Shown: positions 12,620 to 27,173, counted from the first letter of the whole stretch. The stretch: DNA of 63,623 nt, filler included, from Reticulomyxa filosa (GCA_000512085.1; 20 parts of 20 records of this genome joined end to end with filler, not necessarily neighbours in it), one strand, 5' to 3'. A program made the numbers and translations. Notes: a model not told the origin generated them from the sequence alone.

Positions 12620-13149
12620 GTTTTTTTCTAGTCTTGAAGAAGGAGAAACGAACACAAAAACGAAAGTTCTAGTTTTTCTGTTAAAACTTTTCAAGAAGAT
12701 ACTCTTTTTCTGTCTTTGCAATGAGAGTATCAAATAATTAAATAAATCCAAATATTATGTGAATAGCAACGAACAAATAGAGATAAACAACAGTATCTAT
12801 AGCTTGAAATACGCAGTATTGACATATGCGTCATTTTTACTATATAGTAATATTTTAATTGTTACATATATTTGTTGGATGCAAGGTTTTTACTTTGTGC
12901 ATATAGCATGTTATATCAGAAACTATTTATTGGATATTTTAAAAAAAACGTTATACTACCCATTGAGTAAATTTTTTTTGAAAAAACTGACTTGGGGCCA
13001 GTCTTGCTTTTTCGTGAAAAATATTGAATAACTTTGAAGACAAAAGTTATATTTTTTTGATTGACTAGTGCAAAAACTTACTTCATCGATTTACTTAAAA
13101 GAATCAAACTGCTCAAAACATTTTTTATTACGGACTATCCACTCCCCTC

Positions 13150-14330
13150 CCCCCCAAGTACGAATCGGGCCTTTGTTTGAACCATAACACAGACTAACAC
13201 CACAACAAATATCATTGTTGCTTTTTCTGTTCTTTTTTAATTGTAGGAATTTAAGACAAAATATTTCACCACATTTTTTGTCATAGCTACTGATGACATG
13301 CAATTCCTTGTTATTTGATCGAATATCCCAAAAAACGAATTGTATTATCACATGATCCAGAACATATTACATTTGGACTACATCCAACTCCACTACTGTT
13401 TGATACAAGTGGTGAATATGCAGCAAATTTGTGTCTATCGAACATTATAATTTGCTGACCAGATCGAATATCCCACAAACAAATACTTTTATCTTGTGTG
13501 ACCCCAGATGACATTTTATTTATTAATTAATTTGGTCCATATTGTACGCTGGCAATCCAATGTTCATGTCCTCTTAATGTAATTAATTGTTTGGTTGTCT
13601 CAATATCCCAAATACGAATTGTTTTATCAAATGATCCAGAGCAAATGGTATATGCATATGTAATAAGTTGGATGTTTCGACATACTTTTTTTGTAATCAC
13701 AAATTATTAAATTGTGAAAATTCAATACCATATACAGCATCTTTGTACTCATCAAATACTTGTAATTGTCGATTATTTTGATATCCCAAAAGCAAATGAT
13801 TTTGTCATACGATGAAGAGCAAATAATACTGCAACGATTGCTATAGTGATGATATGATAAAAATTTCACACAAATTACAGATTTTTAATGTCTATGGAAC
13901 GATTGCATTTGTCTACAGAACAAATCAATTGATTATCATCAAAGATTGAATAATCAATACTACATACAGTATTCATGTGTCCAGTGAAAGTCTTGAGCAA
14001 TTTAGATAATGAATGAAACACTTCAAACATGAAAAAGTTAGTTGTCTATATTACATTATGTACATGAACAAAAACAACAAACACATATTTTTCAATGCAT
14101 AAAACAAGATAAATGAACCTAACATATTTAATAATAAGTGCGTTGAAATCTTGGATCAATCCCAATTAATGCGTAATATTCGAATCCAATGTTGGATAAT
14201 TTTTTTTAATCTCTTCTCCTTCTGACAAATACATATCACATACAAGAAAATGCATAAAGATAATCAATCAGATTTTTGAAAGATTGAAAAGAAGTTTATA
14301 AATGATAATTGTGCTGACATTTCTTTTTTT
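13150..14330 (-). pseudogene. WD40-repeat family pseudogene
   Basis: Fragments ICLWDIRSGQQI, ICSGSCDNTIRF and SSSYDKIICFWDIK, plus the family N-terminal exon IIQHWIRILRI at about 14120-14222. Many stops and frameshifts. Confidence 0.85.
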
Positions 14331-15559
14331 GTTGAGATCTTTTTAGACGAAAACTATTTGAACTTTTTTAGTCCAAAGCCAGTGAAAAAATTTTGATAAT
14401 GAGAAAGAGATTTGTCAAAATTGACAACGGATTGCATAAAGGTGTCACAGTTTTAAAGAACTTGGGAGAAATCAACATTGTATGCAAAGAAAAATTGATT
14501 TGTAGAATCAAGAGAAAAAAATTTAACTTTTTGCCATTCAATTGTCACATTTAGTATAATTTCAATGATAATGAGATCATTGATCGTATATATACTTAGG
14601 ATCCCATGATTAAAAAAAAGCTTTGCTGATTTCATAACAGAAGACAGGCTGCTTGTAATTTAATTAAATTAGTTTTTTTTTAGAAAAATCTGTGTCGGAA
14701 TGAAACTCTGCATGGTGATAACAAAATCTACCCTTGCAAAACTCAATTCCTACAGAAATAATGATCAATAACCGAAAGAAAGATTTTTCTGATATCTTTT
14801 TTTTAGTTAAATACACGATCTACATTTTAAAATAAATGTTACATGTCATCAAAAAAGAAATTTTTGTTTTTTTAGAGTTGCGCATTCGCGAAGCGGTTAC
14901 AAAAAAATTGAAGCGAAACTGACAAAGGAGGGGGAAATTTTGTTAACTTGAAATTGTTTATGCTGTAGTTTTTTTTAGGTGTAACGATAATAAAGCAAAA
15001 ATTAATTGCAAGTTTTTTCTAAAAATATGTGTCATATTGCAAGATATTGAATTTTTTAACAAATTTTTGAAAAATGTTCAAGTTATGACAACAATTATAC
15101 TAAAGGAAATGCAGGGATTAAAAGCAATCATATTTTTGATTATAAATATTACCTTCCTGTTTGTGAAAGAAATGGAAATTTTTTCATTTCATTCACACAA
15201 AAACTAAATCAAATTTTTTTTATTGGCAGAAAAACGAGACTAGTTTGACTAGAACATAAATAAATATTATGATCGCTTTTGTTTATATTTATTTCTTAAA
15301 GCACATACAATTAAATCTTAAAATACAAACAAATTTTGAAATTTGCATTGAAATGAAACTTTTTTCACTGATACGATTACCCATTTATTGTTATTTCTTT
15401 TTGATGCTGACGATAAAAAAACTTAAAACCCGTTTCTATTCACAAAGGTTTACTAAAACTACTTTGACGATAAAGATCAAAATTTCAGTTATATTCTATG
15501 AATCTTTTGGATTACAAAAATATAATCAAATAATGATAGTTTATTGTTAACTTGTTAGT

Positions 15560-15840
15560 GATCCAAAAAAACATAAGATGTGGCACTTATCATATCTAGT
15601 AAAATTGTATAAAACTGATAAAAACTTGTTATTCAACACTGGATTGAATTTTAAAGATAAAATTAGGATAGATTGATAATTTTAACAAATCATTATCAAA
15701 TATGGTAGAGTGCAACAAAAAAATAACATTTTAAAAACATTGTTCTGGTGTTTGGGGATGACATATACAAACTAATTGGCTATCATCAAAAACTGTATTG
15801 GTATGCCCAGTGAATGTTTTAAGTAATTTAGACGATAAAA
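15560..15840 (+). pseudogene. Remnant of a WD40-family N-terminal region
   Basis: KLVIQHWI..F*R*KLG*IDNFNK.. is a decayed copy of the conserved exon. Confidence 0.55.
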
Positions 15841-16178
15841 GAAATATGTCAAACATAAGAAACAACAAACTCTCTGAGAACAGTTTCAACTTTTTTTGTG
15901 GATAAATTAGTGGAATACTTATTTTGTGTTCATGTTATTCAAAGAAACGTCTTGAAATACAAACATTTTTTTAATTGGAAAAGCTTTACATTTGTTACAA
16001 AATTAATTATCTTCACAAAATATGACGTAGAAATATACTAATTTACATGCAACAAGTAGTAATTTTTTTTGTTGTTGCAGGAGTGGCATCTTTTATGATA
16101 CAATAGAAAGGGAAATTCAGCAAGCCACAAAAGTGCAAAGTTTTCTTTTTTGTCATCATCAAAAAAAAAGTTGTAAGA

Positions 16179-17350
16179 ATGAGTACTATCACTACCAATG
16201 AAAAAAAGATGACAGCCTCACAGTTGGTAAGGTTTTTTATCTTCAAACATAAAATTGAATTTGTATTATTTATGTGTTGGATATTAGTCAGAAAAAGAGA
16301 TTAAAAAAATTATTGAAAACTGGCTTCGAATTTTAAATATCGAATTAGGATGGATTAACGATTTTGACAAAATTATTTTTAAATATGTTAAATATATATC
16401 TTTTTTTAAATTTTTAAAAATTTTAAAATTTAAATGAAAGTGTATCATTATTATTAACAAACAATATTTACAACTAGGCAAAATATTTCGAATTGCAAAA
16501 AGTATTAAAAGGACATAAATATGAAGTTACCAAAGTAAAATTTTCAGTAGACAGTTGTAAAATTGTTTCAACATCATGGGATAAAACAGTTCGAATATGG
16601 GATGTTGAATCTGGAACACAAATTCAAAAATTTGTAGGACATACGAATTGGGTAATTGCTGCAGAATTTTCACCAGATGGGAATACAGTTATTTCATGTT
16701 CAAATGATAAAACAATTCGATTATGGGATATAAAATCAAAAATAGAATTGATGTGCTTGAAAGTACACATATATTCAATAGCTGATGTAAAATTTTCTCC
16801 AGATGGTAAAACTGTAATTTCAGTATCTGATAAAGATATACGAACATGTGATATACATTCTAAAAAAGTAATTCAAACATTAACTGGTCATTCACATAGT
16901 ATAAATAGTATAAATATTTCACCAGATGGTCAAATGATTGTGTCAACATCTTATGAAACAATTATTTTATGGAATGTGAAATTAGGTGAAAAATTAAAAG
17001 AATTAAAAGGACATGATAATACTACAAATGATGCATGCTTTTCTCCAGATGGTAGATTTATTGTATCTTGTTCATGCGATAAAACAATTCGAATATGGGA
17101 TATTGAATCAGGAGAACAATTGAAAATATTAAATGGACATTCAGGTTATGTCAATGCTGTGCGATATTTTTCAGATGGACAACGTATTGTATCTTGTTCG
17201 ACTGATAAAACAATTCGGTTGTGGGATGTAAAAACAGGCAATGAGATTCAACAATTACATGTACCTGATAAACCATCGTATGTGGATGTTTCACGAGATG
17301 GTAGTACAATTGTGTCAAGTACTTGGCAAAATATTCATATTTGGAGATAA
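16179..17350 (+). CDS. Intact WD40-repeat protein, 3 exons (16179-16226, 16288-16386, 16478-17350)
   Basis: Both GT-AG introns are phase 0 and keep the frame. About 7 regular GH...FSPDG...S.DKTIR.WD repeats. Exon 2 is SEKEIKKIIENWLRILNIELGWINDFDKIIFKY. Confidence 0.92.
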
Positions 17351-17639
17351 TGGTAATTAAGAAAATAAGCCAAATCAAGATATTATTGAGTCGCATATAT
17401 GCTATAAAAAAAAATATTTGAAAATACCAAATTCTAAATAGTTGCATAAATCTGATTTTCTGACAAAATAATAAATTGTTTTTGTCAATTTTTATATGCA
17501 AAATTGAAAGTTTTACATTTCATTAATAATAAAAAAGTAATCCAAATCTTGTTTCATTTGATAATCCTTATTCAAAAGAGTTTGATTAATAAAACCATTG
17601 AATGAACTGTAACATATTTCAATGGTATAAACTTAAGAA

Positions 17640-17912
17640 TAATATTCCACAATCTTCTTTATCTCCCTTCAATCACATAAACGAACACTTTACACAACAT
17701 ACTTCAGATGAATGATTATTGAATGATTGAGTTTGTTTGTTGTTATCAACATCGCATACACAAACTGTAAAATCAGTTGATCCAAAACAAATGGGTCGGT
17801 CATCTCCAAATATCGAATAATCAATACTATTTATAAAACGCATATGTCCAGTGAATGTATTAAGTAATCTGAATGACGAACGAAAAGTGTTAAGCATAAA
17901 GAAATTTGCCTG
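17640..17912 (-). pseudogene. WD40-family gene fragment
   Basis: FRLLNTFTGHMRFINSIDYSIFGDDRPICFGSTDFTVCVCDVDNNKQTQSFNNH, truncated. Confidence 0.8.
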
Positions 17913-18425
17913 TATTACATTGTGACAAGTAATTTAATGAAAAATTGAACTGAGTCATGTCTGTTTCTATTTAATGAATACAAAAAAGAAAAATTTTGTA
18001 ATGAGTAAATGTCGCATTTTGAGCCAAAAAGAAAGAATAAAAACGATTGTGTGCCATAAGCGATTTGGAAGAGAATATAAGTAAGTTGAGAAAAGGAAAT
18101 GAAGGACTTGTTGAAACTTGAATAACTCCCAGTCGTATTTTGACTTTTAACAAAAAAAAATTTATCAGATATATTTATTTATTGAGTAGTCTTTCTTATT
18201 AAATAGCATCAATCTTTTTTTGTCATATTAAGATAATGTCGACCTCCTTCAATAATTTGATAATATGCTCTTGCTTTCTTGTCAAAATTTCATCTGTAGT
18301 TGTGATCCAATTCTGCACCAAGTAGCTCTAACCCCTTTGTCTTCCTTAAAAAAAAAAAAAATCGTTTTTTTGTATTTTTTTTGAGATCGTGTCATCTTTT
18401 AAAAAAATTTAGCAACATTAACAAC

Positions 18426-19073
18426 ATGGGTAATCGAACTACTGTTGAAACAAAGAAATCAGCACAACTACTCTTGGTAAGCTTCATTTTAACTCGTTCA
18501 GAAATCTGTTTATTTTTTGGTTTAAATCATTGTATATGATTTTCATACTTGATTCAGTTAAAAGAAAAAGAAAAAGAGATTCCATTAATTATTCAACATT
18601 GGACTCGAATATCAAAAATCAAATTAGGGTGGATTCATGATTTTAATAACATTATTATTAAATATGTTATGTTCATTTGTTTTTTATTTTAATACAAAAC
18701 AAAAAATTAAATATTTTTCTATAATTACAGGCCATTAATATTTTTATATTCGATTTCTTTCGTTTATCATTAAAATTACTCAATACATTCACTGGACATG
18801 CAAAATGTGTAAAAAGTATTGATTACTCGACATTCGATGATAAGCAGTTCATTTGTTCTGGATCAGATGATAAAACAGTTCGTGTATGGGATATTGATAG
18901 CAACAAACAAATTCAATCATTCAATGAACATTTATCTTGTGTGCATTGTGTGAAATTTTCACCATATCATTATCATAATAATCGTCAATATATCGTTTGT
19001 TCTTCATTATCTGATAAAACTATTCGTTTTTGGGATTTCAAACATAATAAGCAATTACAAATACTCAATGGAC
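18426..19073 (+). CDS. WD40-repeat protein, 3 exons, truncated by the contig end
   Basis: Same exon structure as the gene at 16179: MGNRTTVE... / ...IIQHWTRISKIKLGWIHDFNNIIIKY / ...TFTGHAKCVKSIDYS...CSGSDDKTVRVWD. Confidence 0.85.
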
Positions 19074-19173
19074 NNNNNNNNNNNNNNNNNNNNNNNNNNN
19101 NNNNNNNNNNNNNNNNNTTAATTAATTAANNNNNNNNNNNNNNNNNNNNNNNNNNNNNNNNNNNNNNNNNNNN

Positions 19174-19214
<41 letters not shown>

Positions 19215-19324
19215 ACAATTGTTTCCATTATGAAAAGACCCAATTTCAAAATTATACTTAATTTTTTTTTTTTTTTTTTTTTGTCTTTGCAAATAAAAAA
19301 ATAAAAAATAAAAAGGAATGTAGA

Positions 19325-20332
19325 TTGGCGTATGAAGTGGCGAAAAAGTTTAGTCGTGGATTGTTAAAATTAGCAACCGAGGCACGACGAAAGTCACGAC
19401 AAGTACAAGGGTATAATGGATACTTTGGGAAAGACATTTGCGAACATATGAAGCGAATGCACATTGACTGCAGCGTGAGACCGGGTGTGTTGTTATTGCC
19501 GTCACAATTGTCGACAGACACGTGGAGCAGTGCGCATAGTCGAATGGACAGCAGCAGCCATAACAGCAGTACTCACAACAATGCCAATCGCAATGACTCG
19601 TCCACTTCCCCTTCCAATCTTCGCCAATGCACTCACAAAGATAAGGCCTGTGTCTTTACCAACTGCGAGCTGTTGTTCCAACACGGATATCTCCATTGTG
19701 TTGCCCAAAAGACACGCGGCAAAAAGATGCCCTCGTCCAATCACGCGCTCACTTTCTCCGCCACCAAAAACGCCATCTATGATTTCCATTTGCATTTGTT
19801 TCTCAAAAACACTTATTTCTTTGAGTCTCGAGGTTCGTTTTTTTTTTTTTGTTTTTGTTTTTTTTGTGCAATAGCTTTTTTTTTTTTTATGTATACACGC
19901 ACGAAACAGAACAACGAACACGTATCACGTCGGACGTATCTTCCCAACCACATTTCGATGGAAAAGAAAATCACTCTTTGCACGCATCAACTCATCTCAA
20001 TGACTTAGTTTATTATATATACATATATACATATATAGAACAAATAAAGTTTTCATAAACACAAACAATAATAAATAATAATAATAAAAAAGAGGATTCG
20101 TGAATCTTGGTCGACAGGAAGCTATTTGGAATTTTTTCACATGGCATCACAGAAATGGATTTGTGGTCGGATTCAATATGCAACCAAAGATGTAATCACA
20201 TTACTGTATTTGTCACCGCAGCCGAACAACACCGTACCTGCAGTTGCACAGCAGATCATCTTCCCAAGGGATTCTTTGCTGATCCGACCCATCACCTTGC
20301 AAAACCTGTTGCGAAAACCATCTTCCTTTTAA
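19325..20332 (+). CDS. Internal exons of an unknown multi-exon protein
   Basis: GC-richer open segments flanked by AT-rich introns. No recognisable domain. Confidence 0.4.
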
Positions 20333-20496
20333 GGTTGTTCTACACTTTTGTATCCATCAGATTTTACTGTGTTTCTTTTACGCGTCTCTCTGATACGCGC
20401 ATGCAAAGCCGTTGCATAGAAATATTTCTTAAAAAAAAAAAAAAAAAAAAGAAAGGAAAAAAGTGTTATTATTGCTTTTATGTTTGTTGTTGTATT

Positions 20497-20533
<37 letters not shown>

Positions 20534-22149
20534 NNNNNNNNNNNNNNNNNNNNNNNNNNNNNNNNNNNNNNNNNNNNTTAATTAATTAANNNNNNNNNNN
20601 NNNNNNNNNNNNNNNNNNNNNNNNNNNNNNNNNTGAAACAAATGTTGAGCAACGACTGCAATAAAGGAAAAAGTTCTTTTTTCTATACTCCAAATTTAAG
20701 TAAAACCCGAAAGAAGAAAGAAATTGCAAAAAAAATTGTTTAACGAAATTTTTGAAAAGTTCCAAAATGTAGGATAAACAAAAATAATTAGCTTTGACTT
20801 ACTTTTTAACATTTTTTTTATTATAAACCTCCAAAGATATTAATGAAAAAAGTACTGACATGATGTTCAAGATTTATATAAAAAAGGATAATCGAAATAC
20901 TGTTTTTCTTGCTTTTGGTGGTGCTGATGCATGTCTTGCTTACAATAGGCGTGTTGAATTTGTTGTTATATTGATTTTTTGAATGGTGGTTCTTGTTTTG
21001 ATATAGCAAAAATGTGTTCACTTACTTTTGCATTACACATTTTTTCCACATTCTTTTCTTTTGGATGCCATATTATAAAAAAATATTTCTTGTTTCGTCA
21101 AGAATTCAATAACTTTTGTTTAACAGAAAAATGGCAGACAATTCTGATATCGGTGCAACATTAATTCTATCTGAAGAAAGAAAAGATTGGAGTAAGTTCA
21201 CTTCTCGAGAAAGCATCAGCAGTTGCGTGGAAACTATCAAGTGAATTTGAAACAAATTTTTTATTAAAAAAAAGTCGTCAAAAGAAGGAACGACCAAACC
21301 AACAAAAACAACCACAAAAGAAGATAAGGAACGCATAAAAACGTAAAAAATAAATGTCTACCAAATTTCAAGCGATATTTGCACCAAGTGTGCTTTGTGG
21401 GAAACGAGTCATGGAACAAAGTTACCAGCACCTCCAATATGGAAGATATCCAAAAAGCAGGATTGTTGTATCCTCATTTAGCCAAGAAGAAGAACGGCAT
21501 AGTATTAAATTAATGCAATTTGTTCCGTTATTTTTTAAAAAATTGTTTTAAGAAACTTTATCCTTTAAAAATGATTCTTTACACAAAACTTTTTAAAACA
21601 GCGTAAAAGGTGATTAATTTAAAAAAAAATCGTATGCTATAATTACTTGCTTAATTTCCTTTATTTTGGGTATTTTTTTGTTAGGACCCTACGACAAAAA
21701 AAAAGCTTTCATAAATAGAAATTTGCTCGTCTTTGCTAATACTACAAATTTTTTTTTGTCACAACGATGCATTCTTCTGCTTTCCATTGAAGCCTTGGAT
21801 TACACTGTTGGATTTCGTCTATTACTGAAAAGTTATTGGATTTGACACTAGCCATTTATTTGATCTCAAAAGTGGAATCACCCTAAAAACAGTTTCAAAG
21901 TAAACCATTTTTTTTAAGCGATATCGTTTTGTTACGAAACTGGAAGTTGAATATTGAAATATTTGAACATTTTGAAAGAAAAAATAAAAAAACAGTATAA
22001 AAAATGTTACAATTTTGATACCGGACCATTTTTATATAAAGTGCAATAATTGGGAAATTGGCTCATTGAGATCATCAGTTTAAAAGTGTATCAATAAACT
22101 TGGTAAACATTTAATTTTTTGTCTTTACCACCAGTAATTAAGAAATTTT

Positions 22150-23123
22150 TAGAAGGATAGCAGCCCTCAAAACTGTAAGTAGCTTGTTATTTTTGCACTG
22201 AGAGATTCTTGTTCGGTGATCCCAGTATCCCACAGCATTGGTCATATCTTCGAACGTCACAACAAGAAATTTTTACTTCCAATTTTGATAAAAGTGATCA
22301 ACTGTTGTTCTTTTTCGTCAGACAAATCGGAAGAAGGACGAACATGTGTGAAATAAAATTTCATTTGAGAAAAATCAAAAGAAAAGTGATAAATCTCATT
22401 TGAGATATTGACAACAATGCCGTAAAAGTAATAGAATTACAAGTAGTATGGTACTAAACATTCATTGCGGTCAATGAAACAAATTTACCAAATTTGTGAC
22501 AGCAAACATTTTGTCATTGGTGACATCATACAAATCCACATGTCTACTTTCAAGCCAAAGAATCATTTGACTTTTGTCTGCCCTTACGTCGCCCCTTGAC
22601 AATGCTATATATACTTGGATTGACATTATCATTCCTCTTTTCTCCTCAATTATTTTTGCAATGTTTATGGAGTAGTTTTTGAAAACTGCGAATGTCCCAA
22701 ACATCCACATTTTACTTATCCTCATTCACACAACACAAAATCAAATTGTTCCTATATCATTCGAATTTTCATTCTTTTCGATCAATATGCAAGGTCCCAT
22801 TACACTACACGTGCAAAACGTTGTACACTTTGTGTCAAATTCCCTTACGATTCCTGTTCCATTCTCTGTTCCGGACGGATTCCACATTTATTCAAATCCC
22901 ATATTTTTATCATTCCGCTAATTGGAGATCGACTTTGACTTTTACAGTGTAGTATGTCACATCAAAATTGCAATTGTGACATAGACTTACTTACTCACGT
23001 GATCATATGGTCATGGGATACTATATTTGTTACATTCAATATTGACCCCTTTTTTTGCTTCACATGGATTAAACGAGTGCAATGAACGACGTGTTTCCAA
23101 GTCCCACAGCTTTACACATCCAC
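22150..23123 (-). pseudogene. GNB1L/ASA1-like WD40 pseudogene
   Basis: GCVKLWDLETRRSLHSF, GMIMSIQV and VGYWDHRTRISQCKNNKLLTVLR (compare GNB1L 'AGWDHRIRVF.W....PLAVL'). Multiple stops and frameshifts. Confidence 0.55.
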
Positions 23124-23659
23124 NNNNNNNNNNNNNNNNNNNNNNNNNNNNNNNNNNNNNNNNNNNNTTAATTAATTAANNNNNNNNNNNNNNNNNNNNN
23201 NNNNNNNNNNNNNNNNNNNNNNNTTGGTGGATGTTATCATAACATTTTGAAAGAAAAAAGGAAAAAAACGATTTAATACAAATAATAAATGATAAATTAA
23301 AAACATCTTTTATTATAATAATTCAAATTTTAGAGTTTTAAAATTATTTTGTGTAATATATTTCACAAAACAATGTATTGTGGACAAACACATCTGATTA
23401 TTCTTTTGATACAATATTATCATTTATTTGAAATTCTAACGTTAGCAAAGATGAAACAATTTGAAAAAAAAAATTAGGTCTAAATATTGATTTTTCATTG
23501 AGAAAATCAATTATCATCATAAGATATGTTTTAGGCATTCAGTTTTCTTTGCAACATAATGTATTTATCAGCATATGTTAGAATCATTTTTTAACTTTGC
23601 GCAATTTGCACTTTCTTTAGATCATTTTTCAGCGTTTTTTGTTTAAATTGCTGATGATA

Positions 23660-24150
23660 TGCTTTTTCAATTCATCATAATCCAAAGCAACTAGTACAAT
23701 TTTTATTTGACATGCAAAATTTCCTTCTAGTATGTGGTAAATGAGCAAATCTTTATGTCAAGATTTTTTGCAAGTATTCAGTAAAATCTCGTCCGCCAAG
23801 TTTAATCGCAAGACTACATTGCAAGCGATATATCTCGTAGATTGACATAGTTCAAAACAAAAAACGTATACTAACAATATTAAGCAATTTCGCATTTTTT
23901 AAAAAAAGTTCATGCACTCCAATTAACTTGTGAACGTATTGTGCTAAATTTTCTCAATATCATCACAATTTATCAAAATTCCTTGCTCAATAGGTTAACT
24001 GATGAACAAAATAAATCGTTTGGCTTGGGCTTTATCACCAACATAAGCATCTTTTTAGCACATGCTGACAATCACACCTTCGTGTCTTGGTCATCCAACA
24101 ATGGATGTGAAGACAGCTCGTTGGGTATCATCTCCAGCAAATCCTGGATA
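23660..24150 (-). pseudogene. ACT: Actin pseudogene with internal deletion
   Basis: [41 protein letters not shown]...PIEQGILINCDDIEKI*HNTF, then IYE...LGGRDFTEYL...VALDYDE. Confidence 0.93.
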
Positions 24151-25239
24151 TTTTAATTTCAATACGTTTTAAATTTATTTTACAATGCCCGACCAATTAA
24201 CAATAAGTATATTTAAAACCAACGAAAAAGTAATTAAAGAACTAAAAGCAACAGCAAGAATTGAAACACAGATAAAACTCTACTCATTTCTCGTAGGTAC
24301 AAACTATCGCAGAATAAACAGCTGCAATACCATTTGAACAAAGCATAAGCCCATAACAAGATGTCGATTTACAGTGAGGGCTTGTTCTTGACTGTTGGCG
24401 TGAATAGAATCTGCAAGTGTTGCTAATGTTTTTGCCCCCTTTGAGCCGACTGTCGTCAGTACACTCTTGCCACCGTTCATTGCCAATTTTCTGTTCTTCA
24501 ATACATTTCCAATCAAGTTGTTTTGCATCTCTTACGATACAATATGTTACCTTTTTGTTTTCTTGAAAATTCGACTGTTGAACCCAAGTTTTTTTGGAGT
24601 TACTCTTTTGTTACAGGCACAAAGAGTTTCTGGGACAACTGCCCCGCGAGTATTTACCTATTTTACACCTTACTTTGTTTATTTTTGATCAGAAAGCGTA
24701 TGTTTTTGTAAAAGCGGTAACTAATTTTTTAATTTTCAGGAGACAGAAAATTTTATGCCTGATTTGAGACAAGAGAATATATTCGTAATGAGAAGACCAA
24801 TAACATTAGAACAAACAAAGGAAATGCATAAAAGTAAAGTCAAACAACATCAGCGAACACCAACAAAATAACAAGTATTTGTGGGATCGACCGACATGTC
24901 AAAAAAAACAAGTTTTCATCAATGTTTTTAAATTTTTTTTTGCATGTATTTTTTTGTCATCTATTTTATTTTCATAATTTACTGATCACTAAAAAAAGCT
25001 GCGCTTTCGACATTAGCTTCAACAAGAACTGTGTTGTGAAAGCGTGATTCCAACACATTCACCAAAACAAAACCATAGCAATGAAAGCAAATACAAAAGT
25101 AGAGCAAACGTGACTTAATTCCTTTTTTTCGTCTTTTTGCAGAAGAAAGAAAGAGAGATACAGTGGCAATAGGATTGAAAAGGCAAGGACAGAAAAAAAA
25201 AATCTTTGCGCAAGGAAAGATGTTGGAAGCAGACGTGGC

Positions 25240-27173
25240 TCAATCACTTTTGAAGTTATGGTAGTGCATGCGCGTGTGCCTGTTCAGGACACCTTTTTGA
25301 CTGAACCGTTTTTTACAAACGTGGCACTCATATGGCCTTTCCCCGGTATGAATAAACAAATGAGAGTTAAGTTTGCTGAGACAACTGAAACCTTTTCCAC
25401 AGTGTTGGCAACGTAGCGGATAACTGCCACTGTGTTTAAATCGGTGGTCATTCAACAAATAGTGCTTTGTGCTGAAATGTTCGCCACATACTTTACATTG
25501 GTACCGTAACTTACCATCAACAACGACACCATTGATTATGGTCGACTCTTCATTATCCTCCAGCGACGACTCGTCCAGCTCTTCGTCCCTGTCCTTGAAT
25601 AAAGAGTCGGATTTGCCAAGGTCGAGGTACGAGTTTTCCATACCCAAGGGAGCACCACTCGCTTTTGCACTGGGAAATTTCTTTTGTGTTGCTGCCAATG
25701 GGTTTACATTTTCTTGCGTCGAGCCAGCATTCGAACTGGAGTGTTCGTTTTTGATGGTCGCATTATCCGCCGTTTGCGTACATTTTGTGTAGGATGTCAC
25801 TGCGGGATCGTTTGCATGCAATAAAAAGGGAAAATGTTGAGTGGAAAGAACAAAACCACAGCTAGTGATGTTATTGTGTTGGTACGTATTATTGCTGCTA
25901 TTGTTATAAAACATTGGCATCTTGATGGTTTGAGGATTTCCACCCAAATCGGTTAATTGAAATAACGGAGTCCCAGCATTGTTGAGAAGCGGAGCATTGA
26001 CATGATAAAACGAGCCATCACCAATTTCGCTCCCTATCGGAGCGAGGTGCATGGTATCGTTCAAACGTGCACTTCTACATGTATTCAAAAGCTGCATTAC
26101 GTCCATTTCTAAGTTATGAATGGATGCAGTGCTATTATTATTGTCCTTCGAATGAAGCGGTTGCAGGTTATTCATTGTTGGCGCATTATTGTTGGGGTAC
26201 GTATCCATCGGCTCGGATTTGATTGTCGTCTTTGTCGCTGTTGCGGCGGTAGCAGTGTTTTTGTCGGCTGAACCATTGGCAGAAAAAATTGCGACCACAT
26301 TTTTTTTGAGGTTCAAGTCATACTGAATTTTTAATCCATTCATTTGTGAACGTACGTCGCAAATATCGGTCAGGTATTTTAAGTCCATTTTTAAACATTT
26401 TTGAGCCAAGTTGCAGCTCCATTCCTCAAAATTGTGTGTAATTTCTTTTTTCAACGTAGATACGTATTCTTCGGACAACAGAGTTTTTGAGTTTTCTAAT
26501 GATTTTTTTTTTAACCGAATTGTTTCCAGCATCTTCTCGTATGATAATAATTGATTACATTTCATCGCCAAATCTTCACTGCCTTCTTTTTTTTCTTTTC
26601 CTTTTTCTGGCTTTACTCCTTTCTGTTCCTCGCAACTCATTTGCTGTGTGTCTGGGAGAGCCGTCGCTGTCTCTTTTGCATTCACCATCGTCCCTGTTGT
26701 GTTCTCTTTTGTCGTCCCCATTTTTGTTCCTTCTATGTTTTTATCAACCGGCATGTTATCTAATTTGCGTGCTGCATGATCATTGTCGGCACTGGTTATT
26801 TCCATCTCACTTTTTTTTTGCAAGTCTCGTACGTATCACTTTTTGAACCACTGTCACCGTCACCAGAAATTGCACATGTTTGTTTCATTGTCCCTAATGT
26901 CTGGCATTTCTTCAAGTAAAGTATGTTTTCTTCTTCACTTTGTAATTGCAACAGCTGTTCATCAGTTTCCAAAACACGAATGGAATGTTCCTTAAACAAT
27001 AAACTCCGTTTGACAAAAAATTGCTTCATGCGTGACAGCACATCATTTTGCGAACTGTGTGCTTCTTTGCGATAACCCGTCACGATACCTTTTAATCGTG
27101 TGTCTAATTCATCCCATTGATGCTTCAACTGCTCTTCACTCACTCCTGAGTTTTTTGTTGAATCGACTTCCAT
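25240..27173 (-). CDS. C2H2 zinc-finger transcription factor with 3 C-terminal fingers; one apparent frameshift in an A9 run at 26811-26819
   Basis: Fingers YQCKVCGEHF...HRFKH, LRCQHCGKGF...HLFIHTGERPYECHVCKKRFSQKGVLNRHTRMH. The upstream ORF (26796-27185) fuses in frame if the homopolymer has 10 A. Confidence 0.85.

Noticed and set aside
2870-24150. Alternative nuclear code (TAA/TAG=Gln) explaining the in-frame stops
   Set aside because: Intact genes end in TAA (5301, 12101, 17350, 32835) and have no internal stops. The stop-rich regions also contain frameshifts and TGA stops.
26796-26823. Programmed ribosomal frameshift in the zinc-finger gene (also at 7517-7521 and 56181)
   Set aside because: These are single-base discrepancies, mostly in homopolymer runs, and typical of sequencing indel errors. 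They need a read check before any claim.
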